Shown here in pieces: positions 27,970 through 37,724 of a DNA stretch of 64,000 nucleotides; position 1 is the stretch's first letter; each line of letters begins with the position of its first letter. Source of the DNA: an uncultured Clostridia bacterium (GTDB lineage Bacteria > Bacillota > Clostridia > Christensenellales > CAG-917); assembly GCA_963542015.1 (NCBI GenBank), contig CAUTUX010000002.1, positions 29,415 through 93,414 on the forward strand, given 5' to 3'. Position numbers and translations under genes: made by a program. Under the pieces are notes generated by a model that had not been told where the DNA came from, searched no databases, and saw nothing but the letters and a program-made list of their open reading frames with translations.

Positions 27970-28872
27970 ATGGAAAAATATGACTTAATTATTATCGGTG
28001 GAGGACCTGCAGGATTAACTGCTGGTATATACGCAAAGCGTGGTGGCTTGCGTGTTGCTATTGTTGAAAAACTTATTCCTGGTGGTCAAATGTCTCGAAC
28101 TCTTGAAATCGAAAATTATCCAGGATTTAAAAATGTTTCTGGCATACAGTTGGCAATGAGTATGCAAGAACAATGTACATCTCTCGGTGTTGAATTTATT
28201 TATGGTGAAATTTCGAAACTGGATTTAATTAGTACTCCAAAATGTTTAACTATAAATGGAAATACTATTACTGGAGATGCAATAATTGTTGCCTCTGGCA
28301 CCACTCCTACAAGTTTAGACATTAGAGGAGAAAAAGAATTTGCTGGTAGGGGTGTATCATATTGTGCAACATGTGATGGTGGGTTCTTTAAAGGTAAAAA
28401 GGTCTGTGTTGTTGGTGGCGGAAATACAGCCATTGAAGATGCCTTATACCTTGAGAGATTGGCTAGTGAAGTACATTTAATACATAGAAGAGATGAATAT
28501 CGTGCTTCTCAAATTCTTGTCAATCAACTGAATGAGTCTAAAATCATTCAACACAAATCGTCTGTGGTTGATTGTATACATGGAAACAACAATGTCGAAA
28601 GTATTGATATTAAAAATTTAAAAACTGGTTCTGTAACCAATATCTCCATCAACGGAGTTTTTATGGCTGTAGGACAAACTCCTCTATCTGCAATGTTTGA
28701 CGCTTTAGAAAAAGATGAACATGGGTATATCGTTACAGATGCGGATATGAAAACTTCAATAGATGGTGTCTTTGCTGCGGGTGACGTGACCAAAAAAAGT
28801 GTCCGTCAAATAGTTACTGCTTGTGCAGATGGAGCTGTTGCCGCCGAAAGTGCTCTTAAATTTTTAAGATAA
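27970..28872 (+). CDS. trxB: thioredoxin-disulfide reductase
   Basis: MEKYDLIIIGGGPAGLTAG (FAD GxGxxG), redox CATCDG, second Rossmann motif VVGGGNTAIEDA. No SD in front of ATG 27970. The ORF-track extension to 27907 is hydrophobic junk. Confidence 0.9.
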   Translation: MEKYDLIIIGGGPAGLTAGIYAKRGGLRVAIVEKLIPGGQMSRTLEIENYPGFKNVSGIQLAMSMQEQCTSLGVEFIYGEISKLDLISTPKCLTINGNTITGDAIIVASGTTPTSLDIRGEKEFAGRGVSYCATCDGGFFKGKKVCVVGGGNTAIEDALYLERLASEVHLIHRRDEYRASQILVNQLNESKIIQHKSSVVDCIHGNNNVESIDIKNLKTGSVTNISINGVFMAVGQTPLSAMFDALEKDEHGYIVTDADMKTSIDGVFAAGDVTKKSVRQIVTACADGAVAAESALKFLR

Positions 28873-29168
28873 AATTGATAAGTAAAAATCCAATCTTTGA
28901 TTTATATATTTGGTTTATCGGAACAACATAAGATTGAATCACTTTATTAACAATAGTGACTTTTTTTCTTATCTTCATTGGTAAAAAAATTTGCTCTTTT
29001 TTTATTTTCTTAAAAAATTTTTTATTCACTCTATAGTTTGTTTGTTATTATTCGTTAAAAATTAAACAAATCTTGAAATATTTTTTATTTATTTTTTGAT
29101 GTTTTGTGCAATTTTGTTGCTTTTTTGTGTTTTCGAACCAATTTTTCTAACAAATTTCAAAAAAATTG

Positions 29169-29197
29169 TTGACAAATATATTGGGCGGGATTAACAT
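29169..29197 (+). promoter_or_regulatory. promoter P1 (drives the short terminated transcript, not gdhA directly)
   Basis: TTGACA (29169-29174), 17 nt, TAACAT (29192-29197). Confidence 0.45.
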
Positions 29198-29203
29198 GTA
29201 CTT

Positions 29204-29290
29204 ACATTCAATGTTGCAGAAGCATGTTGGATGTAACTCATAATTTTCCCCCCTTAAAAATAATGACTGGTAGCAGCCATTATTTTTTTT
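29204..29290 (+). ncRNA. candidate small RNA (~85 nt) with C6 single-stranded motif
   Basis: It lies between P1 and a strong intrinsic terminator (AAATAATGaCTGgtagCAGcCATTATTT plus a T run, 29258-29290). The 5' hairpin spans about 29203-29236. The linker AACUCAUAAUUUUCCCCCCUUAA has C6 at 29248-29253. No ORF. Confidence 0.35.
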
Positions 29291-29309
29291 ATTCGGCATA
29301 TTTCTTTTA

Positions 29310-29338
29310 TTGACTGAGTATATATGCGGTGTTAAAAT
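29310..29338 (+). promoter_or_regulatory. promoter P2 of gdhA
   Basis: TTGACT (29310-29315), 17 nt, TAAAAT (29333-29338), about 30 nt upstream of the gdhA ATG. Confidence 0.55.
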
Positions 29339-29369
29339 TTTACTAAATTATCAAAAAGGCGGTTTAAGT

Positions 29370-30719
29370 ATGAATTATATTGAAGAAGTTATTAAAAATA
29401 CAAAAGAGAAAAATGCTCATGAACCAGAGTTTATTCAGTCTGTAAGTGAGGTGTTGAACTCTCTCCCTGTTGTAATTAATGAAAATGAAAAACTATATAG
29501 AGAACATGCAATTCTCGAAAGGATGGTTGAACCTGACAGACAAATTATGTTTAGAGTTCCTTGGATGGATGACAAGGGGAAATGGCATGTTAATCGTGGA
29601 TATAGAGTTCAGTTTAATAATGCGATCGGACCATATAAAGGTGGTTTGAGATTCCAAAAAAATGTAAACCTTTCAATTATTAAATTTTTAGGGTTTGAGC
29701 AGACATTTAAAAATTCTCTCACTTCTCTACCTATGGGTGGTGGTAAAGGTGGTTCGGATTTTGATTCAAGTGGAAAAAGCGATGCTGAGATCATGCGTTT
29801 CTGTTATAACTTCATGACAGAACTTCAACGACACATAGGGGCAAATCTTGATGTCCCTGCTGGTGATATGGGTGTCGGTGGTCGTGAGATTGGTTATCTG
29901 TTCGGAGCGTATAAAAAAATTAACGGAAGTTTTGAAAATGGTGTTCTTACTGGAAAGGCACTTTCTTTCGGTGGTTCAAAAATCAGACCTGAAGCCACAG
30001 GATATGGTGCAACTTATTTCTTGCAAGAAATACTAAAAAAACTTGGCGAAGGTATAAAAGGAAAGAAATTCGCAATTTCTGGGTTTGGAAATGTTGCTTG
30101 GGGTGCCACTAAAAAAATCACAGAACTCGGTGGCAAAGTTGTTTCTCTTTCTGGTCCAGATGGCTATATATATGATAAAAATGGAGTTTCAACACCTGAA
30201 AAAATTGATTACATGGTTGAATTAAGAATGAGCGGAAAGAATTGTATTCAAGCATATGCTGATAAGTTTGGTGTAGAATTCATACCAAAACAAAAACCTT
30301 GGGGAAATGTTGATGCTGACATTTATATGCCTTGTGCTACTCAAAACGAAATTTTACTAGATGATGCAAAGAAGATCTTAGATAAGAAAGTTAAATATCT
30401 CATTGAAGTTTCTAATATGCCTACAACAAATGAAGCTTCTGAGTTATTGCAAAAAAATGGAGTTCTTGTTGCACCTTCAAAAGCTGTAAACGCTGGTGGC
30501 GTTGCTGTTTCTGGTCTTGAAATGACTCAGAACAGTGAGCGTTTGTCTTGGGAAAGCAAAGATGTTGATGAAAAACTTCAACATATAATGGTATCTATGC
30601 ATAAACATATTGTTAAGACTTTGGAAGATTATTCATTGCCTTATAACCTTGTAACTGGTGCAAATATCGCTGGATTCATCAAAGTTGCCGATGCAATGAT
30701 TGCACAAGGCGTAAATTAA
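29370..30719 (+). CDS. gdhA: NADP-specific glutamate dehydrogenase
   Basis: MNYIEEVI... follows AAAGGCGG. Catalytic block LPMGGGKGGSDFD, dinucleotide fold GFGNVAWGA, about 450 aa. Confidence 0.9.
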   Translation: MNYIEEVIKNTKEKNAHEPEFIQSVSEVLNSLPVVINENEKLYREHAILERMVEPDRQIMFRVPWMDDKGKWHVNRGYRVQFNNAIGPYKGGLRFQKNVNLSIIKFLGFEQTFKNSLTSLPMGGGKGGSDFDSSGKSDAEIMRFCYNFMTELQRHIGANLDVPAGDMGVGGREIGYLFGAYKKINGSFENGVLTGKALSFGGSKIRPEATGYGATYFLQEILKKLGEGIKGKKFAISGFGNVAWGATKKITELGGKVVSLSGPDGYIYDKNGVSTPEKIDYMVELRMSGKNCIQAYADKFGVEFIPKQKPWGNVDADIYMPCATQNEILLDDAKKILDKKVKYLIEVSNMPTTNEASELLQKNGVLVAPSKAVNAGGVAVSGLEMTQNSERLSWESKDVDEKLQHIMVSMHKHIVKTLEDYSLPYNLVTGANIAGFIKVADAMIAQGVN

Positions 30720-30741
30720 AACAGACAGATGTAAGTTTTAA

Positions 30742-30772
30742 AAAGAGGGGCTGTTATTTGCTCCTTTTTTTT
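30742..30772 (+). terminator. intrinsic terminator of gdhA (overlaps the 3' end of the convergent CDF gene)
   Basis: AAGAGGGGCtgttatttGCTCCTTTTTTTT (stem includes G-U pairs). Confidence 0.6.
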
Positions 30773-31749
30773 ATTGCTATACTTTTATATTTTGCGGATT
30801 TTATACTTTTCATGCATTCTAATCCGCTATTTTTAAGTTTTGTACTTATTATTCTCCCCTGTCTCTCAGCAAAGTCAATATATTCAATGTAAATTTTTAC
30901 CCCACATCGATCGAATATTTCATTTTGATATTTTTCTTTATTTATAAATAAATCTCTTATCTCTTTGAGTGTGCAACCTACTTTAATATAACCGAACTTG
31001 TTGTTAAGACCATAGTCGTGCAACATAAGGTCTCCACATTGGTGATTTGGTATAACTTGCTTGATACTTTCTATGACAGAGTTCCTTTCCTTCTTGTTAT
31101 CAATTCCTATCAACTGATTCCATGTTTCTATAAGCATCTTTATAGCTATTCCGCAGACTACTAGGCTTAAAATTATTCCGAATATTCCATCTAATACTAC
31201 TCTTACATTCCTCAATCTAAGGATATATGTTATTGCAACAAAAAATGTCATGCCTGAATCTAAAAAATTATCGGTCGTAATAATTGATAATGCTTTTGCT
31301 TTTAATTTTCGATATGAAAATAATGATATTACTCCCATTGCCACTTTTATTAAAACTGTGCCCATTAAAGTCGCAAAATGAACCCACGAGAATTGTGACT
31401 CTGGAGCGGGTAAATTCAACCTTATTGATGAAAAATATAAGAACATTACGCCTAAGCCGAGCAGTATCAGATTTGAAAGAAAATTAACTGCATACTCAGC
31501 TCTTCCCGTCTTATCGGTTATTTTTATACTGCCCTTTTTTGCAATCATATATATAAATCCAAATATTACAAGAAGTGCAGAAATAATATCAAAAAAGTTG
31601 TTTGTCGCATCTATAATGATTGGCAAAGAATAGTTGGCTAGCCCTATATATAGCTTTGTAATAGCCAAGCCTAAGTTACATAATACTAGTATTGCAAGGA
31701 CAATAACTGTTGATACTTCTCTTTGTGACTTTTTTTGTTTTAATTTCAT
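30754..31749 (-). CDS. cation diffusion facilitator (CDF)-like transporter
   Basis: 331 aa with six hydrophobic spans. IIDATNNFFDIISALL resembles the CDF TM2 motif. ATGA overlap with bioY. Confidence 0.55.
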   Translation of the reverse strand: MKLKQKKSQREVSTVIVLAILVLCNLGLAITKLYIGLANYSLPIIIDATNNFFDIISALLVIFGFIYMIAKKGSIKITDKTGRAEYAVNFLSNLILLGLGVMFLYFSSIRLNLPAPESQFSWVHFATLMGTVLIKVAMGVISLFSYRKLKAKALSIITTDNFLDSGMTFFVAITYILRLRNVRVVLDGIFGIILSLVVCGIAIKMLIETWNQLIGIDNKKERNSVIESIKQVIPNHQCGDLMLHDYGLNNKFGYIKVGCTLKEIRDLFINKEKYQNEIFDRCGVKIYIEYIDFAERQGRIISTKLKNSGLECMKSIKSAKYKSIAIKKRSK

Positions 31750-32372
31750 CCCAGTTCCAGCTTTTCACCTAGCTGTTTCTTTATTCTGGTTGAGGCAAAT
31801 GAAGCTATAATCATTGAAACTGTTCCCTTAAGTCCAAACTTCAAGATCATGCTTATGAATACTGGCTTAAATGGTTTTTTATTTCCTGTCACTTGTACAA
31901 GCCAATACGCTCCAATTGCATATAAAAGCAATATCGACAATATTCCTACGATAACCTGTATAACATTTGATTTTGCATTTTTTGTAAGACCCATAATTAT
32001 AACCATTGGTATAAACCCAATTATAAAACCTCCAGTAGGTCCAGCAATCGCTGCAATACCTGCCCTACTTGCGAATACAGGCACTCCCATCCCTCCAAGG
32101 ATTACATACAGGATTACGGTTATCCCTCCCCATACAGATCCAAGTAGATACCCAACAAGAGCAATCCCTAATGTCTGTAGTGTCATAGGAACGCCACCTG
32201 GCAATGGAATCTGAGTGTGTGATAATATCCCAAGCAATGTAACCATTATGCTTATGTACACCAATCGTCTTATGTGCAACAATGTAGGGCTATATTTTGA
32301 CGCTTTAAGATGCTTATTTAGTGCGATTCGTTTGATTTCCGCTTTAATTTGCTTTGTACTCTGTCCACTCAT
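31746..32372 (-). CDS. bioY: biotin transporter S component BioY
   Basis: PMTLQTLGIALVGYLLG...GMGVPVFA...GPTGGFIIGFIPM, typical BioY blocks. Confidence 0.8.
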   Translation of the reverse strand: MSGQSTKQIKAEIKRIALNKHLKASKYSPTLLHIRRLVYISIMVTLLGILSHTQIPLPGGVPMTLQTLGIALVGYLLGSVWGGITVILYVILGGMGVPVFASRAGIAAIAGPTGGFIIGFIPMVIIMGLTKNAKSNVIQVIVGILSILLLYAIGAYWLVQVTGNKKPFKPVFISMILKFGLKGTVSMIIASFASTRIKKQLGEKLELG

Positions 32373-33367
32373 TTTTTGCTCTCCTTTTCTATGTCTACTA
32401 ATGGCAACATCGATACATCAAATGTTCCATTCTTATTTATTTCTATAATCGTTCCGCCACGCTGGGTTTTCTTTTTTCTAATTCCCGTATATGCATAATA
32501 ATCTATACTCATGCCATATGTTAATCTAATTCCTTGATATGTTAATGATAAAGTATTTAAATGGTCATGCCCCATGAACATTCCTTTACAACTGCCAAAC
32601 TTCACCATCTCACTAAAAAATGCACAATCTAATGTTTTAGGATACCCAAAATAATTATCTTTCTCTTGAACAAACCCAAAATGATATTTTACATCGCTAT
32701 CTCCTCTATAACATTTCTCCCACGCTTCCTTAAATTCTTTTGGTGGAATATGAAAAAATGCTAATGATGGGACTTGGTCTCCACTATAACTAGAAATTGT
32801 TTTTTTATACCACTCAATCTGATCCTCTTTTATAACATCAAACCCACTGAAGAAATTCCATGTAATGTATGAGTGTGAATCTAGAAACATAAGTAAATAT
32901 ATTAATTTGTCATTTTCATTTCTAACTTCAAAAGAATAATTTCCAACACCACTTATCTCTTTTGCTCCATGCATAAAATAACAGTGTTTTAATGATTTAT
33001 AATAATCACCTAATTCTTCTTTTTTATATCGTGAAAAACTCTCAGCATCATGATTTCCAAACACAACTGTCCACGGTATCTCAAAGGATTCCATCAATTT
33101 AGCCAACTTCTTTGTCGTTCTTAAATTATTTGGTGAGGCTCCAAACATTGGCATCGGATAAACCATGTCTCCAGTTATTATGATAAAATCTGGATTAGCT
33201 ACCCTTACTACTTTCGTTACTGCATCAAGTGCAAGTTGATCAAGTTTTTTTGTTAAAAGGCTACCACCTAAATGGATATCTGTTAATTGCAATATCCTTA
33301 ATTTATCGCCTTTAAATTTGATTATTCCTTTATTCTCATTTTCAATTTTTGCAACTTCAATACTCAT
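32369..33367 (-). CDS. calcineurin-like metallophosphoesterase
   Basis: LTDIHLG, ITGDMVY, GNHD, GHDH motifs in canonical order. Confidence 0.8.
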   Translation of the reverse strand: MSIEVAKIENENKGIIKFKGDKLRILQLTDIHLGGSLLTKKLDQLALDAVTKVVRVANPDFIIITGDMVYPMPMFGASPNNLRTTKKLAKLMESFEIPWTVVFGNHDAESFSRYKKEELGDYYKSLKHCYFMHGAKEISGVGNYSFEVRNENDKLIYLLMFLDSHSYITWNFFSGFDVIKEDQIEWYKKTISSYSGDQVPSLAFFHIPPKEFKEAWEKCYRGDSDVKYHFGFVQEKDNYFGYPKTLDCAFFSEMVKFGSCKGMFMGHDHLNTLSLTYQGIRLTYGMSIDYYAYTGIRKKKTQRGGTIIEINKNGTFDVSMLPLVDIEKESKK

Positions 33368-33370
33368 AAA

Positions 33371-34897
33371 TTAACACAATTCTTTTCTTAATAAATCGCT
33401 TTCAACTTGTTCTGCAACTGTTAGTGATTCTTTACCTTCATGTATTGCTTTCTCAACCAGATATTTAATTCTTACAAGTTTCTTATCACTTACCTTATAC
33501 AAGACAGAACATATAAATCCTATAATCAAAAGCACTGCTGCCGATACTGCTATAATTACTCTTATAGCTACAAATACTCCTGCTGGTTGTTCTTTTACAA
33601 AATCATTCGCTGATGTTGATTTGATATATCCAGCAATTTGCAACCCCACTCCAACAATTCCTGCTGCAAGGGCTGCTCCTACTTTTCTTGTAAAGGTCAT
33701 TACGCCTGACATGTTTGCTGTTGGTTTCATTCCTAATTTTAAATATGCTATTTCAACAGTGTCTGGGAATATCAACCATGGCATAGATTGTGCACCCGCA
33801 AAACCTAATCCCATTATCGCAGCAAACAATATAATCAACCAAGGCTGTCCCCAATCCTGCTGATATACTGCCAATAAAATAGCTCCTATAATATAAAGGG
33901 GTAACCCTATTCTATACGCCAATTGTTTTGTTCTCTTTTCTTTTATCAGCATGGCGAATATTATTCCTATCGCCGCCGCAACCATCATTGGTGCTATTAT
34001 CAGACCAGAACTCATGGCGATTACTTTACTTCCTATTTTTAATCCGACATTGTTAATCCCACCAGCTACAAATGTTGAATAATAAATAGCCATTCCGCTG
34101 ATGACATCCATACACATAAATGCAGAAACATACATTCCTAAATGTAGTATATATGATTTAACTTTGAGACCATCAAAATATTCTTTAATTTTAAATTTAT
34201 GTTTTTTTACTTTATCAAAAGGTACTCTTTCTTTAACGAGTATACCCGCTATAATCAATGGCAACGCAAATGCGAGTCCAAATCCGATAATTATTATCCA
34301 ATAAAAGTTGCCGTATTTCATATTTCCTTTTTTAACTTTTCCAAAGAAATATGCTGGTATTAAATAAAATACAGCTCCAGCTAATAAATCAAAAAGCAAC
34401 TTATATGTATTTGCTTTATTCCGCTCTTTATGATGTGTGGAAATGTCTGCACTCATTGACATATATGGCACTTGTGAAATTGTTGATATGGTACAGTACA
34501 CCAAATAGGCAATTGTCATCCATGCTATTTTGCCAGCATCGCTAAACCCAAGGTTACCAATTGGTGCAAATAAAAATGCCAAACCAAATGGTATGAGAAT
34601 TCCACCCAATATCATATATGGTTTTCTTCTACCAAGTTTATTCTTTTTAGAATTTTGAGAAATAAGTCCCATCGCTGGATCTGAAATGGCATCCCACAGT
34701 TTTGACAGTATTATCACAAGTCCTGCTGCAACTGGGGCAATCCCGACTGAATCCGTGAAGTACGGCATCAATAAAACTGAAAGAAATGCCGCCTGTCCGC
34801 CACCAAATATATCTGCGGCACCATATACTACTTTTTCCCAGCCAGGTACTCGTTCATTCTTCGGTATGGGGTTTTCTTTTTTTTCTTTTTTCTTCAT
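33371..34897 (-). CDS. GPH-family (MelB-like) glycoside/cation symporter
   Basis: About 12 TMs. N-terminal block VYGAADIFGGGQAAFLSVLLMPYFTD is GPH-like. ATG 34897 follows AAGGGA; the ORF-track 34924 is TTG. Confidence 0.7.
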   Translation of the reverse strand: MKKKEKKENPIPKNERVPGWEKVVYGAADIFGGGQAAFLSVLLMPYFTDSVGIAPVAAGLVIILSKLWDAISDPAMGLISQNSKKNKLGRRKPYMILGGILIPFGLAFLFAPIGNLGFSDAGKIAWMTIAYLVYCTISTISQVPYMSMSADISTHHKERNKANTYKLLFDLLAGAVFYLIPAYFFGKVKKGNMKYGNFYWIIIIGFGLAFALPLIIAGILVKERVPFDKVKKHKFKIKEYFDGLKVKSYILHLGMYVSAFMCMDVISGMAIYYSTFVAGGINNVGLKIGSKVIAMSSGLIIAPMMVAAAIGIIFAMLIKEKRTKQLAYRIGLPLYIIGAILLAVYQQDWGQPWLIILFAAIMGLGFAGAQSMPWLIFPDTVEIAYLKLGMKPTANMSGVMTFTRKVGAALAAGIVGVGLQIAGYIKSTSANDFVKEQPAGVFVAIRVIIAVSAAVLLIIGFICSVLYKVSDKKLVRIKYLVEKAIHEGKESLTVAEQVESDLLRKELC

Positions 34898-34947
34898 ATT
34901 TCCCTTTTTATAGCCCTTTATCAACTAGTGTAGCTACCACTTCACCC

Positions 34948-35940
34948 TTAATTGCTTGTTTCTTTTGAATTTTCATATATTGTTTTAATCTGGTCAGACA
35001 TTACATCTTCGCTCTCGCTGTCGTAAATTATCTCTTGCCCATCAACATTTTTTACAGCATTTATAATTGCCTGTTCAACTGCATTCACAACTCCAACATG
35101 TAGAGGAAGTGTATTTAAAACTGGTTTTTTGTTACTTGCCATTACTATAAATGCATCTCCATCATAATCTGTATGTACTGGTTTTATAACTCTTGCCAAT
35201 CCATCATGAGCTACTTGTGCCAATTTGTTCGCCTGTGCTTTTGTTATTTTAGCATCAGTCATAATGCATCCTATAGTTGTGTTCGTTCCTAGTAATATTT
35301 TTAAATAGTCATTATTAAGCAAACACTTTTCTGTGTTTATAAAGTTACCGTTCTTGCCTTTTGCTCCAGCAATAATTTTCCCGTCTGTATCATAGATGTC
35401 ACCAAGTGGATTAGGGACAACAACTGCCGTAACTGTAATGCCTGCTACCTTATAACTGGCAATTCCCACACCAGTCTTAACTGCATTTTTTAATCCTCTT
35501 ATTTTCCCAGCTGTAGCTCCCTTGCCTGCTCCGATATTTCCACTTTCGGGTTTTTTAATAGTGTTTTCGCAAGCTTGATATCCCATTTGAATATCTGGAT
35601 AATGATAGTCTTTATCATTTAAATCAAATATTGATAGTGCTGGTACTATTGGTATAACTTTTTTATTTAGTGAAAATCCAATTCTTTGTTCTTTTAGATA
35701 TTTCATAACTCCGCATGAAGCTTCGAGACCATATGCGGAACCACCAGATAGAACTGCTGCATGGATTTTTTGAACCATCTTTTCACTTCTTAAAAGTTCT
35801 GTTTCTTTTGCTGCTGGGGCTCCACCCATACATGAAAAGCCTGCCACTGCTCCATTCTTTGCTATTATCGCCGTCACTCCTGTGTAGTCATCTTGTGCGT
35901 GTCCTATTCTAAATCCCTGAGGTATTTTTACTTTGTCCAT
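34948..35940 (-). CDS. P1/S58 (DmpA-like) aminopeptidase family protein
   Basis: GFRIGHAQDDYTGVTAII, GGAPAAKETELL, LSGGSAYGLEA, NTTIGCIMTDAKITK, HTDYDGD: the S58 block order. Confidence 0.75.
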   Translation of the reverse strand: MDKVKIPQGFRIGHAQDDYTGVTAIIAKNGAVAGFSCMGGAPAAKETELLRSEKMVQKIHAAVLSGGSAYGLEASCGVMKYLKEQRIGFSLNKKVIPIVPALSIFDLNDKDYHYPDIQMGYQACENTIKKPESGNIGAGKGATAGKIRGLKNAVKTGVGIASYKVAGITVTAVVVPNPLGDIYDTDGKIIAGAKGKNGNFINTEKCLLNNDYLKILLGTNTTIGCIMTDAKITKAQANKLAQVAHDGLARVIKPVHTDYDGDAFIVMASNKKPVLNTLPLHVGVVNAVEQAIINAVKNVDGQEIIYDSESEDVMSDQIKTIYENSKETSN

Positions 35941-35947
35941 TTTTCCC

Positions 35948-36871
35948 TTAACTATTGAATTCGTCTATTTTTATGAGTATATCGTTATACACTTCTTCAT
36001 TATTTGTCTCGTTTAAAATTTCATGTCTACACTCTGGATATATTTTTATAAATACCTTTTTCATTCCGAGTGATTTATATAGTTTTTCAAGTTTCAAAAC
36101 TTTTTTTGCTTTGCCGCCTACTGGGTCATCTGCTCCCGAAAACATTGCAACTTTGTATTCCCTAGGTATTCCATCTAGTTGTGATTTTTTATATAAATTT
36201 ACCAGCCCATCCAACATGTATTTAAAAAATGCTATCGACATAACCTGCCCAGACTTTGGATCATCCTCATATTTTTTTACTTGTGCTTTGTCTCGTGACA
36301 ACCACGCATATTTTGACCCATCATTTTTAAAAGGCTTATTAAATGCTCCAAATGACATTTTATCCAAAGTTGTTGCTGCTGCCTCTCCTCCTTTTGTCTT
36401 TTTATACTGAGAGGTGGCTATACTTTGACCCAACTTTGTCAACATTCCACCATTATGGGCAGTCCCTGATAAGATTACTCCTTTACTTGGATTCTTTTTT
36501 TGAATGTATCTCTGTGAAAGAAAACTGCCGTAGCTGTGCCCAAATAATATTAATGGTAACTTGTATCTTTCTGTTAGCATATTTGAGATTTGAATCATGT
36601 CTTCAACGGTGTCTTCAAAAATGTTTCCTTGATGATACCCGTCGACATTTTTCTTTGAAGCTTTTGCACTTGTCTCGCCGTGAGCTCTATGATCGTCAGC
36701 AAATACTATATATCCTTTACTGTTTAAGAACTTGGCAAAATCATCATAACGAAGAGCATGCTCCGCCATGCCATGTGATATTTGAACAATTCCTTTTGGG
36801 TCTTTAACATCATCCCATAAATAGCATGAGAGCTCAGTCCCATCAAATGCCTTTACTATTTCCTTTTTCAC
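35948..36871 (-). CDS. alpha/beta hydrolase (lysophospholipase/monoacylglycerol-lipase-like)
   Basis: Nucleophile elbow GHSYGS, with HG oxyanion-type SHGMAEH near the N-terminus. GTG start with AAGGGGGA SD. Confidence 0.7.
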   Translation of the reverse strand: MKKEIVKAFDGTELSCYLWDDVKDPKGIVQISHGMAEHALRYDDFAKFLNSKGYIVFADDHRAHGETSAKASKKNVDGYHQGNIFEDTVEDMIQISNMLTERYKLPLILFGHSYGSFLSQRYIQKKNPSKGVILSGTAHNGGMLTKLGQSIATSQYKKTKGGEAAATTLDKMSFGAFNKPFKNDGSKYAWLSRDKAQVKKYEDDPKSGQVMSIAFFKYMLDGLVNLYKKSQLDGIPREYKVAMFSGADDPVGGKAKKVLKLEKLYKSLGMKKVFIKIYPECRHEILNETNNEEVYNDILIKIDEFNS

Positions 36872-36997
36872 TTATTTTCCCCCTTAAGTTAAAAGTCGTT
36901 GGATTTATCTTATCACATCAAGTGTTTGATGTAAAAAAATGACTTTTTTTGAAAACTGTCCTTGTTTGAATATTTTGTTTTAACTTATACTGTTTGT

Positions 36998-37633
36998 ATG
37001 AAACACAAAAAAGTTAGTGAACATGTAACTGGCAACACCTTTATTGATATTCACGGTAACCGATATGATATCACTAAAGCTCATGTTGTTGAGGGTCAAA
37101 CACATGCAACCAAGAATGAACGCACTGACAAAAATAAAAATTCTACTAATAATACAAAATCAAAAAAACATGTTAAAAGAAAGGACCTTCCTGCTTTTAA
37201 TAAAGACAGCTATTGGCTCGATCCAAATGTCTATACTCCAGAAGATAAAAAGAAATTTTTAGTTGGTAAAATTCTTACAGCTTTATGTTGTTCGTTTTTC
37301 CTATTTGGGGCAATTATGTTTTTTGTTCCTGATATTAAAATCAATAATGCATATGCCCTTCTTGTATATCACTGCATCGCTGCCGTGCTCTCATTTATAG
37401 GGATAATCTTTCTTATGCTAGCTGAATTAAAAATAAAGACTTGCGATAAAGTATCCAAACTGCAACTAAGAAAAGAAGATCGTGCAAGCATAAAGAAGGT
37501 AGGGGTACTTGCTGGACTGTGTAGAACAGTATTTATTTTTTCAGTGTCTCTTATTATTGTAATAAGCATCTTTGTATATATATCGGGCTGGTTTGAAAGT
37601 GCATTAAGAGCAATTCGAATTCTCTTAAAATAA
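36998..37633 (+). CDS. hypothetical membrane protein (basic N-terminal region plus 3-4 TMs)
   Basis: ORF with an ATG at 36998 (the ORF-track TTG is at 36962). No SD and no recognisable domain. Confidence 0.45.
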   Translation: MKHKKVSEHVTGNTFIDIHGNRYDITKAHVVEGQTHATKNERTDKNKNSTNNTKSKKHVKRKDLPAFNKDSYWLDPNVYTPEDKKKFLVGKILTALCCSFFLFGAIMFFVPDIKINNAYALLVYHCIAAVLSFIGIIFLMLAELKIKTCDKVSKLQLRKEDRASIKKVGVLAGLCRTVFIFSVSLIIVISIFVYISGWFESALRAIRILLK

Positions 37634-37724
37634 ATTCTTAAATTCGGGTTTTAATTCACAGAACTTAGAGTTAACACTCAACGCTCTTATCTTTATTGTC
37701 TTCTTAAATTAAAAATTGCAGTTT

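Noticed and set aside
27958-27972. Leaderless trxB mRNA (TATACT ends 6 nt before the ATG and there is no SD).
   Set aside because: No convincing -35 or extended -10 partner accompanies this TATACT, so the promoter call is too weak. It is left as a note in the trxB evidence.
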